From NCBI GenBank assembly GCA_965225735.1, contig CBDDBN010000025.1, positions 169,963-201,962 on the forward strand: a DNA stretch of 32,000 nt, read 5' to 3'. The notes under the pieces were generated by a model, which ran no database searches, was not told the DNA's origin, and saw only the letters and a program-made list of their open reading frames with translations. Origin of the DNA: Denitrobaculum sp. GTDB taxonomy: Bacteria; Pseudomonadota; Alphaproteobacteria; Kiloniellales; Kiloniellaceae. The first letter of the stretch is position 1. Every line of letters starts with the position of its first letter. Below, in pieces: positions 8,375-21,112 of the stretch. Made by a program: the position numbers and the translations under genes.

Positions 8375-9667
8375 TTACGCGGCGATGAACTCGTTCCATT
8401 TGCGGACCATGTACTTGTTCTCGTCCATGACCGCGTTCCAGCAGGCGACCGCCCCCATGCGGTCGTAGAAGGATCCGCCGTCACGAACGGCGCCGGCCTT
8501 CTCCATAACTTTGCCCTGCGGATTGACGATATCTTTCTGAGCGCTCTTGCCCTCGAACCAGAAACCCCACTCGTCTTCGGTCATGAAGTTCTTGGAGGTT
8601 TCCGGCACGGCGGAGTAATAGCCCTGACGCATCAGGAAGCCACCGACCCAGCCGGAGAGATACCAGTTGATGTACTCATAGGCCGCATCGAGTTCGAGGC
8701 CCGAGAGGTTGGCGGAAAGACCGATACCGCCACCCCAGGAGCGATAGCCTTCTTTCAAAGGTTGATAGACGCAAGGGATGCCTTTGGAGCGCACGGCGGT
8801 AATGGCCGGCGACCACATGGATTGGATCACGACTTCGCCGGAGGCCATCAGGTTGACGCTTTCGTCGAAGGACTTCCAGAAGGCGCGGAACTGGCCGTTC
8901 TGTTTGGCCTCGGTGAAGATCGCCATGGTCTTGTCGATCTCTTCCTTGGTCATGTTGCCCTTATCGCCGTATTTGATCTCGCCCATGGCTTCGCAAACCA
9001 TGGCGGCATCCATGATACCGATCGAGGAGATATCCAGGATCGAGGCCTTGCCCTTGAACTCAGGATTGAGCAGTTCGGTCCAGCTCTCGATCGGACGTCC
9101 GATCAGGTCGGGACGAATACCTAGCGTATCGGCGTTATAGATCGTCGGGATCAGGGTCATCCAGCCGGATTCATTATCCACGAAAGACTTGCCGCCGGGC
9201 CCTTCCACGAAGCCCACGCTGTGCGGCGCGGTGCCCTGCGCGATGGTCGATTCCGGCGTCAGCTTGCCGTCGCGGAAGATGCCCACGATCTTGTCGTAGT
9301 TCTTGATCTTCGAGGTGTCCATGGCCTGCAGATTGCCGGCGCCCCAGACCTTTTTGCAGATCCAGTATTCAATATCGGCGATATCGAAGCTCTTCGGCTG
9401 CGTGGCCGCGCGTTGTGTGACGCTATCGGAATCCAACGCTGTCATTTCCAGCGTGAAGCCCAAATCTTCCTTCACCTTGGCCGCCACCTCATTGAGGTTG
9501 GAAACGCCCGTGCCGAACTGTCTCAGGGTAATGTCCTTGATGTTCTGTGCCCAGATGGTCGGAAAGCCTGTGACAGCACCCGAACCCAAGGCCACGCCGG
9601 CCGCAGCCGCGCTTCCCTTCAGAACGGCCCGGCGGCTGACACCCTTTTTGAAGTCCCCTGTTTTCAT
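8375..9667 (-). CDS. ABC transporter substrate-binding protein (PotD-like), Tat signal
   Basis: Likely start MKTGDFKKGVSRRAVLKGSAAAAGVALGSG with a twin-arginine motif, then periplasmic-binding-like sequence (NLMASGEVVIQSMWSPAITAVRSKGIPCVYQPLKEG). Confidence 0.88.
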   Translation of the reverse strand: MKTGDFKKGVSRRAVLKGSAAAAGVALGSGAVTGFPTIWAQNIKDITLRQFGTGVSNLNEVAAKVKEDLGFTLEMTALDSDSVTQRAATQPKSFDIADIEYWICKKVWGAGNLQAMDTSKIKNYDKIVGIFRDGKLTPESTIAQGTAPHSVGFVEGPGGKSFVDNESGWMTLIPTIYNADTLGIRPDLIGRPIESWTELLNPEFKGKASILDISSIGIMDAAMVCEAMGEIKYGDKGNMTKEEIDKTMAIFTEAKQNGQFRAFWKSFDESVNLMASGEVVIQSMWSPAITAVRSKGIPCVYQPLKEGYRSWGGGIGLSANLSGLELDAAYEYINWYLSGWVGGFLMRQGYYSAVPETSKNFMTEDEWGFWFEGKSAQKDIVNPQGKVMEKAGAVRDGGSFYDRMGAVACWNAVMDENKYMVRKWNEFIAA

Positions 9668-9725
9668 TGCAAGATCTCCTTGTATTGGATTGATTGTTTT
9701 AGATTTTCTGCTTCTGCGGCAGATC

Positions 9726-10754
9726 TCATGCTGCGAGCCTGTGGGCGTCCTCCTGCTTCCACTGCAGGGTGACGCTTTCGCCGATTTCAACTGGCTGCTC
9801 GAAAAAGAGTTCATCGCGCAGGGTCGCGGTCAGGAGGCCTTTGGACCCGCCGTCCAAAGCGACGTTGACCGTTGTTCCCAGGAATTCGATATCCCGCACC
9901 TGCGCTTCCAGAACGCTGGCGACATCGATCTCTCCACCCTGACTTTGCGCGCGGATCTGAATACGGTCCGTCCGGATCGCGATCGGTCCTTGCTCCGTCT
10001 GGACGACATTGTGTCCACCGATAAAGCGGGCAACAAACTCCGAACGCGGCGCGTTAAAGACTTCATGCGGCGTTCCTGACTGCTCGATCACCGCCTCGTT
10101 CATCACGATGATGTCGTCTGCGAGTGCCAGCGCTTCGTCCTGGCTGTGAGTCACATGGACGAAAGAGATGCCCAGTTCGCGTTGCAGCTTCTTGAGTTCC
10201 GCGCGCATCTTGGTGCGTAAGAAAGGATCGAGAGCCGACAGCGGTTCGTCGAGCAGAAGAATGGAAGGTTCCGTGATCAGGGCCCGCGCCAGCGCCACCC
10301 GCTGCTGTTGCCCGCCGGAGAGCTGAGCAGGCAGACGATCCGCATAGGCCTCCATGTGCACCAACTCGAGCAACTTCATCGCATCGGCCCGGCGGATTTC
10401 CTTCGCGACGCCCTGCATTTTCTTGCTGAACGCGACATTGTCGACGACGGACAGATGGGGAAAGAGCGCATAGTTTTGGAACATCATCGCCGTACCGCGC
10501 TTGGCCGGCGGCAGATCGGTGATGTTGACGCCGCCCAAGACGATATCCCCAGCCGAAACCACCTCGTGACCGGCAATCATGCGCAGCGTCGAAGACTTGC
10601 CGCAGCCCGACGGCCCCAGCAGACAGGAGTAGCTGCCCGCTGCGAATTTATGATTGATCGCGTTCACCGCGATCGTCTCGCCGTACGCCTTCGTGACAGT
10701 CACAAGTTCGAGCGTGGACAAGGTCGATCCCCCGAAAAGAGTCCCTCTGCTCAC
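9726..10754 (-). CDS. ABC transporter ATP-binding protein (PotA-like) with C-terminal TOBE-like region
   Basis: Walker A GPSGCGKSS, signature LSGGQQQRVALARAL, Walker B ILLLDEPLSALD. Reading frame contiguous with the permease/binding-protein cluster. Confidence 0.93.
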   Translation of the reverse strand: MSRGTLFGGSTLSTLELVTVTKAYGETIAVNAINHKFAAGSYSCLLGPSGCGKSSTLRMIAGHEVVSAGDIVLGGVNITDLPPAKRGTAMMFQNYALFPHLSVVDNVAFSKKMQGVAKEIRRADAMKLLELVHMEAYADRLPAQLSGGQQQRVALARALITEPSILLLDEPLSALDPFLRTKMRAELKKLQRELGISFVHVTHSQDEALALADDIIVMNEAVIEQSGTPHEVFNAPRSEFVARFIGGHNVVQTEQGPIAIRTDRIQIRAQSQGGEIDVASVLEAQVRDIEFLGTTVNVALDGGSKGLLTATLRDELFFEQPVEIGESVTLQWKQEDAHRLAA

Positions 10755-10944
10755 TGAATTGCAACGGCTATGCCAAGGTTTGAATTTCTTTTTAACCGTT
10801 GATTTTACTTGATAATTTTTTCCACCTCTGGAGCAGAACCAACATTGCTGTCTAAAAAACCATCATTCTGCACACGATTCAAGCAGTAATCGTATACGAT
10901 TTTTTCTTGTGCCTTTTCGTGACCGGGTCTATGTCCATTAGGGC

Positions 10945-11808
10945 TTGCTGGCTCATGTGCTCGCTGGAGACCGCAACTTTCCAGTTGCCCCTCTGTCGAA
11001 GAAACGCGATCAAGCATCACACTGTGTGACAGAGCCCGTTTGGAGATTTTTGGAAATGTCCTCGCCCGCTGCCAAGTCAGGGACGGCCTCAGCGAAACCC
11101 TCTCGCGTTGAGGGTTTTGACGGCGCTTTTTCCCTGCCGCCGGGACGCGCGCTCGGCATTTGCCTGCAACTACAAAACGCCATTATCGAGCACCGCCTGC
11201 ATCCGGGCCTTAAGCTTTCGGAAGACGAAGTGGGCGAAATTTACGGCGCGGGCCGCACAGTGGTCCGTTCAGCGCTGCAGGCCCTCGCCCACAGCGGCCT
11301 GGTAGAGATCAAACGCAACCGCGGTGCCTATGTGGCCAAGCCGACTGTTCGCGATGCCCATGAGGTCTTCGAAGCCCGCGCATTGATCGAACCGGAGGTC
11401 GCCCGCCTCGCCGCGGGTAAGATATCCGACGCAGACCTGAAGCGCCTGGAGCAACACATCGAGGCCGAACACCAGGCCCTTGCCGAGAAGAATATGGGCA
11501 AGGCCCTCGCGCTCTCAGGCCTCTTCCACATCGACATCGCCGACATCGCCGACCACAGCGTCTACGCCGCGATGATCCAATCCCTGATCACCAAGTCGTC
11601 GCTGATCATCGCCCTCTACTGGATGCGCCCCGACACCACCTGCGAAAGCCACGCCCACCACGCCCTCATGGACGCCCTCGCCGCGCAGGACGGCGATGCG
11701 GCACATGCGGTCATGCGCAGTCACCTGATCGATCTGCACTCAGGACTGAATTTGAAAGGCCAGCCGAAGCAGGAAACGTCGCTGGCAGAGGCGTTGGCGG
11801 GGGGGTAG
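10945..11808 (+). CDS. GntR-family (FadR/FCD-type) transcriptional regulator
   Basis: HTH: ICLQLQNAIIEHRLHPGLKLSEDEVGEIYGAGRTVVRSALQALAHSGLVEIKRNRGAYVAKPT, then the FCD-like EVFEARALIEPEVARLAA. The true start is likely at an internal ATG such as MSSPAAKSG (about 11056). Confidence 0.88.
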   Translation: MLAHVLAGDRNFPVAPLSKKRDQASHCVTEPVWRFLEMSSPAAKSGTASAKPSRVEGFDGAFSLPPGRALGICLQLQNAIIEHRLHPGLKLSEDEVGEIYGAGRTVVRSALQALAHSGLVEIKRNRGAYVAKPTVRDAHEVFEARALIEPEVARLAAGKISDADLKRLEQHIEAEHQALAEKNMGKALALSGLFHIDIADIADHSVYAAMIQSLITKSSLIIALYWMRPDTTCESHAHHALMDALAAQDGDAAHAVMRSHLIDLHSGLNLKGQPKQETSLAEALAGG

Positions 11809-11899
11809 ATGAAATCATACGAGCTTGGGAACTTAGGAATTTCCGGCGTGAGCCCAACTCCATCCACAGTCGGCGTTCGCGAAACACAGTGTTGCAATG

Positions 11900-12736
11900 C
11901 TAAGAAAACGAGCGCCGCAAAACGTTACTCAGGTTGTCGACGAGTGTCACAGCGATCAGGATGACGATGAGGATTGCTCCGACCTGCGGGTAATCCAAGA
12001 GCCGCAGTGAGCCAACGAGTTCCGTTCCAATCCCTCCAGCGCCAACCATTCCCATAACGGTCGATGCCCGGAAATTGTATTCCCAGCGGTACATGCTGAC
12101 ATCCGCAAACTGCGGAAAAACCTGCGGGAGGACAGCGTGGGTGACCACCTGCATTTTTGTTGCGCCGGTCGCCTCGGCGGCTTCGATTGGGGCGGGATGG
12201 GCGTGCTCGATGGCTTCGGCGAAAAACTTGCCAACCATGCCGACGGAGTGAAGACCGAGTGCGAGCACACCGGGCAGCATGCCGAAGCCAACGGCTGCAA
12301 CAAAGACAATCCCTAGGATCAATTCGGGAATGGAACGCAACGTGTTCAGGACGAGGCGCGCCGCATGATAGACGGACTTGTTTGGCGCCGTATTCGAAGC
12401 GGCGAGAAAGCCCAGCGGCAGGGACAAGACTATGGCCAGCGCCGTACCCGCAACAGACATGGCAACGGTATCGATAAGGGGACTGATCCAGGCGCGCCAG
12501 CGGGTAAAGTCAGGCGGCACCATTTCCCCGAAGACGATGGAAATGGCCGGAATGCCTTCCGCCATGCGCCCCGTGTTTAAAAGCTCTGTGACCCACATGC
12601 ACATAAGAATAAAGACGATGGCGCCGACAACCTTTGCAAGCCGCGTAAAACGACCACGCCTCTCCAGGTCCAAAACGGCGCCGATTTCATCGTCACGGCG
12701 GTCAAAGGACGGAACATCCGCCATTGCCATCTCCAC
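11900..12736 (-). CDS. phnE: Phosphonate/phosphite-type ABC transporter permease (PhnE/PtxC-like)
   Basis: 278 aa, PhnE-like motifs (NTLRSIPELILGIVFVAAVGFGMLPGVLALGLHSVGMVGKFFAEAIE; EATGATKMQVVTHAVLPQVFPQFADVSMYRWEYNFRASTVMGMVGAGGIG). Confidence 0.92.
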   Translation of the reverse strand: MEMAMADVPSFDRRDDEIGAVLDLERRGRFTRLAKVVGAIVFILMCMWVTELLNTGRMAEGIPAISIVFGEMVPPDFTRWRAWISPLIDTVAMSVAGTALAIVLSLPLGFLAASNTAPNKSVYHAARLVLNTLRSIPELILGIVFVAAVGFGMLPGVLALGLHSVGMVGKFFAEAIEHAHPAPIEAAEATGATKMQVVTHAVLPQVFPQFADVSMYRWEYNFRASTVMGMVGAGGIGTELVGSLRLLDYPQVGAILIVILIAVTLVDNLSNVLRRSFS

Positions 12737-12741
12737 AAATT

Positions 12742-12768
12742 CGCCCGGCGGCGCGAAACCGCCGGGCG
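12742..12768 (-). promoter_or_regulatory. Perfect 10-bp stem-loop between phnD stop and phnE start
   Basis: CGCCCGGCGG-cgcgaaa-CCGCCGGGCG, read directly. No downstream T-tract on the transcribed strand, so a processing or stability hairpin is more likely than an intrinsic terminator. Confidence 0.6.
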
Positions 12769-12780
12769 GGCAAGAACTGC

Positions 12781-13665
12781 TTATTTCACGTTTGAGCGGA
12801 TATCGCGGATGATGTCATAGTCTTTGTCCGCAATCTCGGCGAAACCATCCGACTTGAACGGCTTCAAGACGGCATCACCTTCCGGCGTACCTTTTTTGAG
12901 GCTATAGAAAGCAGTGCGCAGTTGATTGCGGACATCTTCCTTCAGATCGGTGCGCAGCACCCAGGGGTACTGTGGGATGTCGGCTGAATAGGTCAGGACT
13001 TTCACCTTGGCCGGGTCGATCTTGCCCTTTTCGACGAGGCTTTCGAAGATCGGGCGGCTAAGGCCACCCACCTGGGCGTTTCCGCGCTGCACGTTGATGG
13101 CGACAGCATCATGGGCACCCAGGAAGTTCTGCTTGTAGTCCTTCCCATGCTTCACACCAGCGAGCTGCATAGTGTATTTCGGCGCGAAATGACTGGATGT
13201 TGAGGCCTGATCGCCAAAGGCAACATCGACGCCAGAACCCTTTATGTCGTCGATACTTTCGATACCGCTTTCCGCATTCGCGATAATCACTGACTGATAG
13301 GTTGTCGCACCCCCTTTGAGGCGTGCCGCGAAGGGTTCGATATCCAGCTCGCCACCTGCCATTTTCTCTTTGGCAATGGTGTAAGAAGCCGGACCGAAGT
13401 AGGCGATATCGATCCGGCCGAATCGCATAGCCTCAATCATGGAAGAATAGTCCGTGGTCACGATAAGCTCGATGGATTTGCCAAGCTTGTCTTCCAGGTA
13501 ATCTTTGAGACCTTGATTGTCCTGGATCACCGTTGCGGCATTTTCATCCGGCAACAGAGCGACCTTTAGTTTGTCCGGGTTGTAGTCACCGGCCAGTGCA
13601 AAACTGGCCCCAAAGATGAGGCTCGCGGCAGCAGCCACAGTTGATAGGAACGCACGACGTTTCAT
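12781..13665 (-). CDS. phnD: Phosphonate/phosphite-binding protein (PhnD/PtxB-like)
   Basis: Signal peptide plus LKVALLPDENAATVIQDNQGLKDYLEDKLGKSIELIVTTDYSSMIEAMRFGRIDIAYFGPASY, a characteristic PhnD motif. Confidence 0.93.
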   Translation of the reverse strand: MKRRAFLSTVAAAASLIFGASFALAGDYNPDKLKVALLPDENAATVIQDNQGLKDYLEDKLGKSIELIVTTDYSSMIEAMRFGRIDIAYFGPASYTIAKEKMAGGELDIEPFAARLKGGATTYQSVIIANAESGIESIDDIKGSGVDVAFGDQASTSSHFAPKYTMQLAGVKHGKDYKQNFLGAHDAVAINVQRGNAQVGGLSRPIFESLVEKGKIDPAKVKVLTYSADIPQYPWVLRTDLKEDVRNQLRTAFYSLKKGTPEGDAVLKPFKSDGFAEIADKDYDIIRDIRSNVK

Positions 13666-13726
13666 TTTCAGTCTCCCTCAGTTCGTCGTCTCCGAAATGA
13701 GCAAACCGGACGCGGTCTGCTCGAAA

Positions 13727-14527
13727 CTATGTGCCGTAAATGCCTTTGAGGACCGTCTCCGTCAGCCTTTCCGGCCTGTCGTCGAAGACGACGTGTCCGC
13801 TCGAAAGGCCGATGATCCGGTCTGCAAATTCTCGGGCATATTCCAACTGGTGCAGGCTGACGATCACCGGGATCTTGTCTTCCTTGCAGATCTGCTTGAG
13901 CAGCGAGAGCACGCGGCGGGACGAGGCTGGATCGAGCGAAGCCACCGGTTCGTCCGCGAGGATCATGCGCGGCTGTTGCGCAAGGGCGCGGGCGATGCCG
14001 ACGCGCTGTTGCTGACCGCCGGAAAGGCTATCGCAACGCACCAGGGCCTTTTCGAAAAGCGACACGCGGTCAAGACATTCCAGCGCAATCCTTCGCTCGT
14101 CAGCGCCCAGGGGCAAAAGCGTGCGCCAGAAGGAATGTCTACCAAGCCTGCCGGTCAGCACATTTTGAAGTGCGGTTTGACGTCCGATCAGCTGGTGCTG
14201 CTGAAACACCATGGCCGTCTCGCGGCGGTGTTCGCGGATGGCCTCTGCGGTCCCAAGCTCGCCTTTGTCGCGTACCGAGATCGTCCCGCCCGTCGGCTTA
14301 ACCAAGAGATTCATAGAGCGAAGAAGGGACGATTTTCCAGCGCCTGACGGCCCCAGAAGAACCGTCACAGAGTCATCGTCGATGTCGAGAGAAAGAGGTG
14401 ACAGCGCCACTGTGCCGTTGGGGTAGATAACCTCAACATCCTGAAGGCTGATAATGGGTCGCCGAGTCTCTTCGGATACCAGCCGCGTATCGCGCATCTG
14501 AATTGCGAAGCTTGCCTGGGTGTTCAT
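13727..14527 (-). CDS. phnC: Phosphonate/phosphite ABC transporter ATP-binding protein (PhnC/PtxA-like)
   Basis: Walker A GPSGAGKSSLLRSMNLLVKPTGG, signature LSGGQQQRVGIARAL, Walker B ILADEPVASLD. Next to phnD and phnE. Confidence 0.93.
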   Translation of the reverse strand: MNTQASFAIQMRDTRLVSEETRRPIISLQDVEVIYPNGTVALSPLSLDIDDDSVTVLLGPSGAGKSSLLRSMNLLVKPTGGTISVRDKGELGTAEAIREHRRETAMVFQQHQLIGRQTALQNVLTGRLGRHSFWRTLLPLGADERRIALECLDRVSLFEKALVRCDSLSGGQQQRVGIARALAQQPRMILADEPVASLDPASSRRVLSLLKQICKEDKIPVIVSLHQLEYAREFADRIIGLSSGHVVFDDRPERLTETVLKGIYGT

Positions 14528-14565
14528 GTGCCACTCCTCATAGGGAGTTCACTTAACATTCTAAG

Positions 14566-14583
14566 ATGTAATTCAAATGACAG
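14566..14583 (-). promoter_or_regulatory. Candidate Pho-box-like element upstream of phnC
   Basis: Minus strand reads CTGTCAT-TTGA-ATTACAT, with half-sites 11 bp apart. The first matches the CTGTCAT half-site exactly and the second matches 4 of 7. About 40 nt upstream of the phnC ATG. Confidence 0.4.
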
Positions 14584-14638
14584 TTGATTTGTTTTTTACA
14601 ATTTATTAGATCTTGCAAATCTTCAGACTGCAGAGCAG

Positions 14639-15649
14639 ATGAGCGCGATGTCCCCATACAAAATCGTTGTTGCCCAACCGGTTGAGAAGGATGTGATCGA
14701 CGATCTCTCCGCCCTCGGCCCCGTTTTCATGAATGAAGGCCCTGAGCCTCTTGTGAAGGACGCATTACACCAGCACTGCACAAACGCAGCCGCCTTGATG
14801 GCCTTCATGACCGAATGCGTGGATGAAAGCTTTCTCGACGCCTGTCCGGATTTGAAAATTGTGGCGGGCGCGTTGAAGGGGTTTGACAACATCAATGTTG
14901 ATGCCTGCTCGCGGCGCAACATTGCCGTTACCATCGTCCCGGACCTTCTGACCGAACCCACGGCCGAGCTCGCCATCGGGCTCATGATCGGCGTGTCACG
15001 CCACATGATACCGGCAGATCACTACGTTCGGTCGGGGCAGTTCGCCGGATGGCGGCCACGCTTCTATGGAAGCTCCATTCAGGGCGCAACGGTCGGTGTG
15101 GTAGGCGCCGGGCGCGTGGGTCAGTCGATACTGAAACTGCTCGAAGGCTTTCGTTGCAAGCGGCTTTATTTTGATCACGAGGCCTTGTCACCAAGCCAGG
15201 AACTGGCATTGAAAGCCACATACGCACCGTTGGATGAGTTGAAGACGCAGTCTGATTTCCTCGTGCTCGCCCTGCCGCTCACGGACGAGACGATGGGGCT
15301 CGTGGATCAGAACTTTATCGATGGCATGAAGCCGGGCAGCTATCTCATCAACCCGGCCAGAGGCTCTCTCGTCGTGGAAAGCGCCGTGGCTAACGCTCTG
15401 GAAAGCGGTCATCTTGCCGGTTTCGCCGCGGATGTTTTCGAGGCCGAAGACTGGGCGCGGGCCGACCGTCCTGACAAGGTGCACGCGAGCCTTCGACAGT
15501 CGGACCGCACCATGCTCACGCCCCATATCGGATCGGCGGTGACCGATGTGCGCAGGGCTATCGTTCGCTCTGCTGCGGACAGCATAAATTCCGTCTTAAG
15601 CGGTACCTTCCCAGCGACAACCATCAATGCCGATGCGCTGAAAGGGTAA
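14639..15649 (+). CDS. ptxD: PtxD-like phosphite (phosphonate) dehydrogenase, D-2-hydroxyacid dehydrogenase family
   Basis: Shares distinctive PtxD stretches as recalled from the Pseudomonas enzyme: ALKGFDNxxVDAC, VPDLLTEPTAELAIGL, VRSGQFAGWRPRFYG, ADVFEAEDWARADRP, TPHIGSAVTDVR. Also flanked by phnCDE-like genes and a LysR gene. Confidence 0.88.
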   Translation: MSAMSPYKIVVAQPVEKDVIDDLSALGPVFMNEGPEPLVKDALHQHCTNAAALMAFMTECVDESFLDACPDLKIVAGALKGFDNINVDACSRRNIAVTIVPDLLTEPTAELAIGLMIGVSRHMIPADHYVRSGQFAGWRPRFYGSSIQGATVGVVGAGRVGQSILKLLEGFRCKRLYFDHEALSPSQELALKATYAPLDELKTQSDFLVLALPLTDETMGLVDQNFIDGMKPGSYLINPARGSLVVESAVANALESGHLAGFAADVFEAEDWARADRPDKVHASLRQSDRTMLTPHIGSAVTDVRRAIVRSAADSINSVLSGTFPATTINADALKG

Positions 15650-15653
15650 GAGC

Positions 15654-16550
15654 TTGGTGAACCTCACATTCGTCAAAAGCTTTGTCACCCTTGTCGAAAC
15701 CGGCTCCTTTCAAAAGGCTGCCGAGCGCCTGAATCTCGCGCAACCAACTCTGTCGCAACACATTAGCAAGCTTGAAGAAAGTCTTGGCGTCCAACTGATC
15801 GAACGCCGGCGCGTAGGGAGTCGCGCCACACCCGAGGGTGAGACTGCGCTGGCGATCGCAAGAACGTTGCTGACGACCGCTGAGCATATGGTGCAAGCGG
15901 TGAAGCATGACTTCGTACGGATAGGCGCCAGCAGTAACATTGCGGAATACTATGTTGCCCCTGCCCTTTCGCAGCTTGAGTTAGCGGATGGGCAGACGCT
16001 TCAATGGCAGATCGAGCAAGCCGACAACCCCAGTCTGATTCTGCGGCTAAGAGACGGCTTGGTCGACATTGCGATTACCGAATGGGAACCGGATGAACAG
16101 GGCTTTGAGTCCCGTTTCTGGCGATCCGAAGAGATGGTCATTATCCTGCCGCCAGAACACCGTCACGCCTCTCAAAGCGAAATATCCCTGGCCGATTTGT
16201 CGGCGATACCGATGATTGGCGGCGGTCAGGGCACGGGCACGGGCACCCTTCTGCGCGAAGTTTTGGGGCCCAAGGCTAACCAGCTCAAAACCAGCGTTGC
16301 CATGGGCTCGACGCAGGCGGTCAAGAGCGCCGTAGCATCGGGCCTGGGCTGCTCGATTGTTCTGCGCGGTTGTGTGGAGACTGACCTGAAAGCCAAGGCT
16401 TTGGCAGCTTTGACGCTGAAGGGCTATGAGCTCCGAAAGTCCTTCTACATTTCCTTTTCAAAGGACCGATACAACCATCCCGCCATTCAAAGCTTTATGA
16501 ATGGACTGATGGTACCTTTCCCTAAAACTCCACGCCTTTCTGTGCCTTGA
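15654..16550 (+). CDS. LysR-family transcriptional regulator (PtxE-like position)
   Basis: FVKSFVTLVETGSFQKAAERLNLAQPTLSQHISKLEESLGVQLIERRRVGSRATPEG is a LysR HTH. Starts 4 nt after the ptxD stop (TTG or GTG start). Confidence 0.92.
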   Translation: MVNLTFVKSFVTLVETGSFQKAAERLNLAQPTLSQHISKLEESLGVQLIERRRVGSRATPEGETALAIARTLLTTAEHMVQAVKHDFVRIGASSNIAEYYVAPALSQLELADGQTLQWQIEQADNPSLILRLRDGLVDIAITEWEPDEQGFESRFWRSEEMVIILPPEHRHASQSEISLADLSAIPMIGGGQGTGTGTLLREVLGPKANQLKTSVAMGSTQAVKSAVASGLGCSIVLRGCVETDLKAKALAALTLKGYELRKSFYISFSKDRYNHPAIQSFMNGLMVPFPKTPRLSVP

Positions 16551-17201
16551 CGCCCTGCTCCCGGAAGGGGTGTTTAATCTGCGTCATCTCCGTAACCAGG
16601 TCGGCGACCTCGATCAATTCGGGCTTGGCGTTGCGGCCGGTGACGATGACATGCAGGTCTTCGGGCCGGTTGTCGAGGAACTCGACCACCTCTTCCAGCG
16701 GCAGGTAATCGTAGCGTAGGACGATATTAAGTTCGTCCAGCAAAACCATGTCGTACTTGGGTTTTTCGCCATTTGACTTATCGACCCGACAAGCTTCGAT
16801 CATTTCCTTGGAGACTTCCCAGGCGCGCTTGGCGGCGGCGATGTCGCGGGCACGGTCCTGGGTATCCCAGGTGAAGCCCTCGCCCATAGTACGGATCTCG
16901 GCCAGGTCGGGGAAACGCTCCAGGACCACCCGCTCGCCGGTCTCCCACTTGCCCTTCACGTATTGCACCACGCCAACGCGCATGTCGTTTCCGATGGCCC
17001 GGGCGACCAGGCCGAAGGCGGCGGTCGACTTGCCCTTGCCTTTACCGGTGTGGACGATCAGGAGGCCCTTTTCCTCGGTCTTGGTCGCGAGCATCCGTTC
17101 GCGGGCGGCCTTGCGCTTGCGAGCTTTTTCGTTGGCCCGTTCGTTGATCTCGTCCTCGGTCAGTTCGCTCCTGGGTTTGTCGCTGGTCTGATCATTGGCA
17201 C

Positions 17202-17205
<4 letters not shown>
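16522..17205 (-). CDS. cobO: Corrinoid (cob(I)yrinic acid a,c-diamide) adenosyltransferase
   Basis: LLIVHTGKGKGKSTAAFGLVARAIGNDMRVGVVQYVKGKWETGER...YDMVLLDELNIVLRYDYLPLEEVVEFLDNRPEDLHVIVTGRNAKPELIEVADLVTEMTQIKHPF is a classic CobO/BtuR sequence. Confidence 0.96.
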
Positions 17206-21029
<3,824 letters not shown>

Positions 21030-21112
21030 GGATGCTCTCGCCCTTCACGCCGATTGGTGCGTCCGGGCTCATGGATCCGGACACCCTTTTTACCTTATCC
21101 CGCAATCGCCCC

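Noticed and set aside
9303-10079. 258-aa plus-strand ORF
   Set aside because: Antisense across the SBP/ATPase genes, which have strong family signatures.
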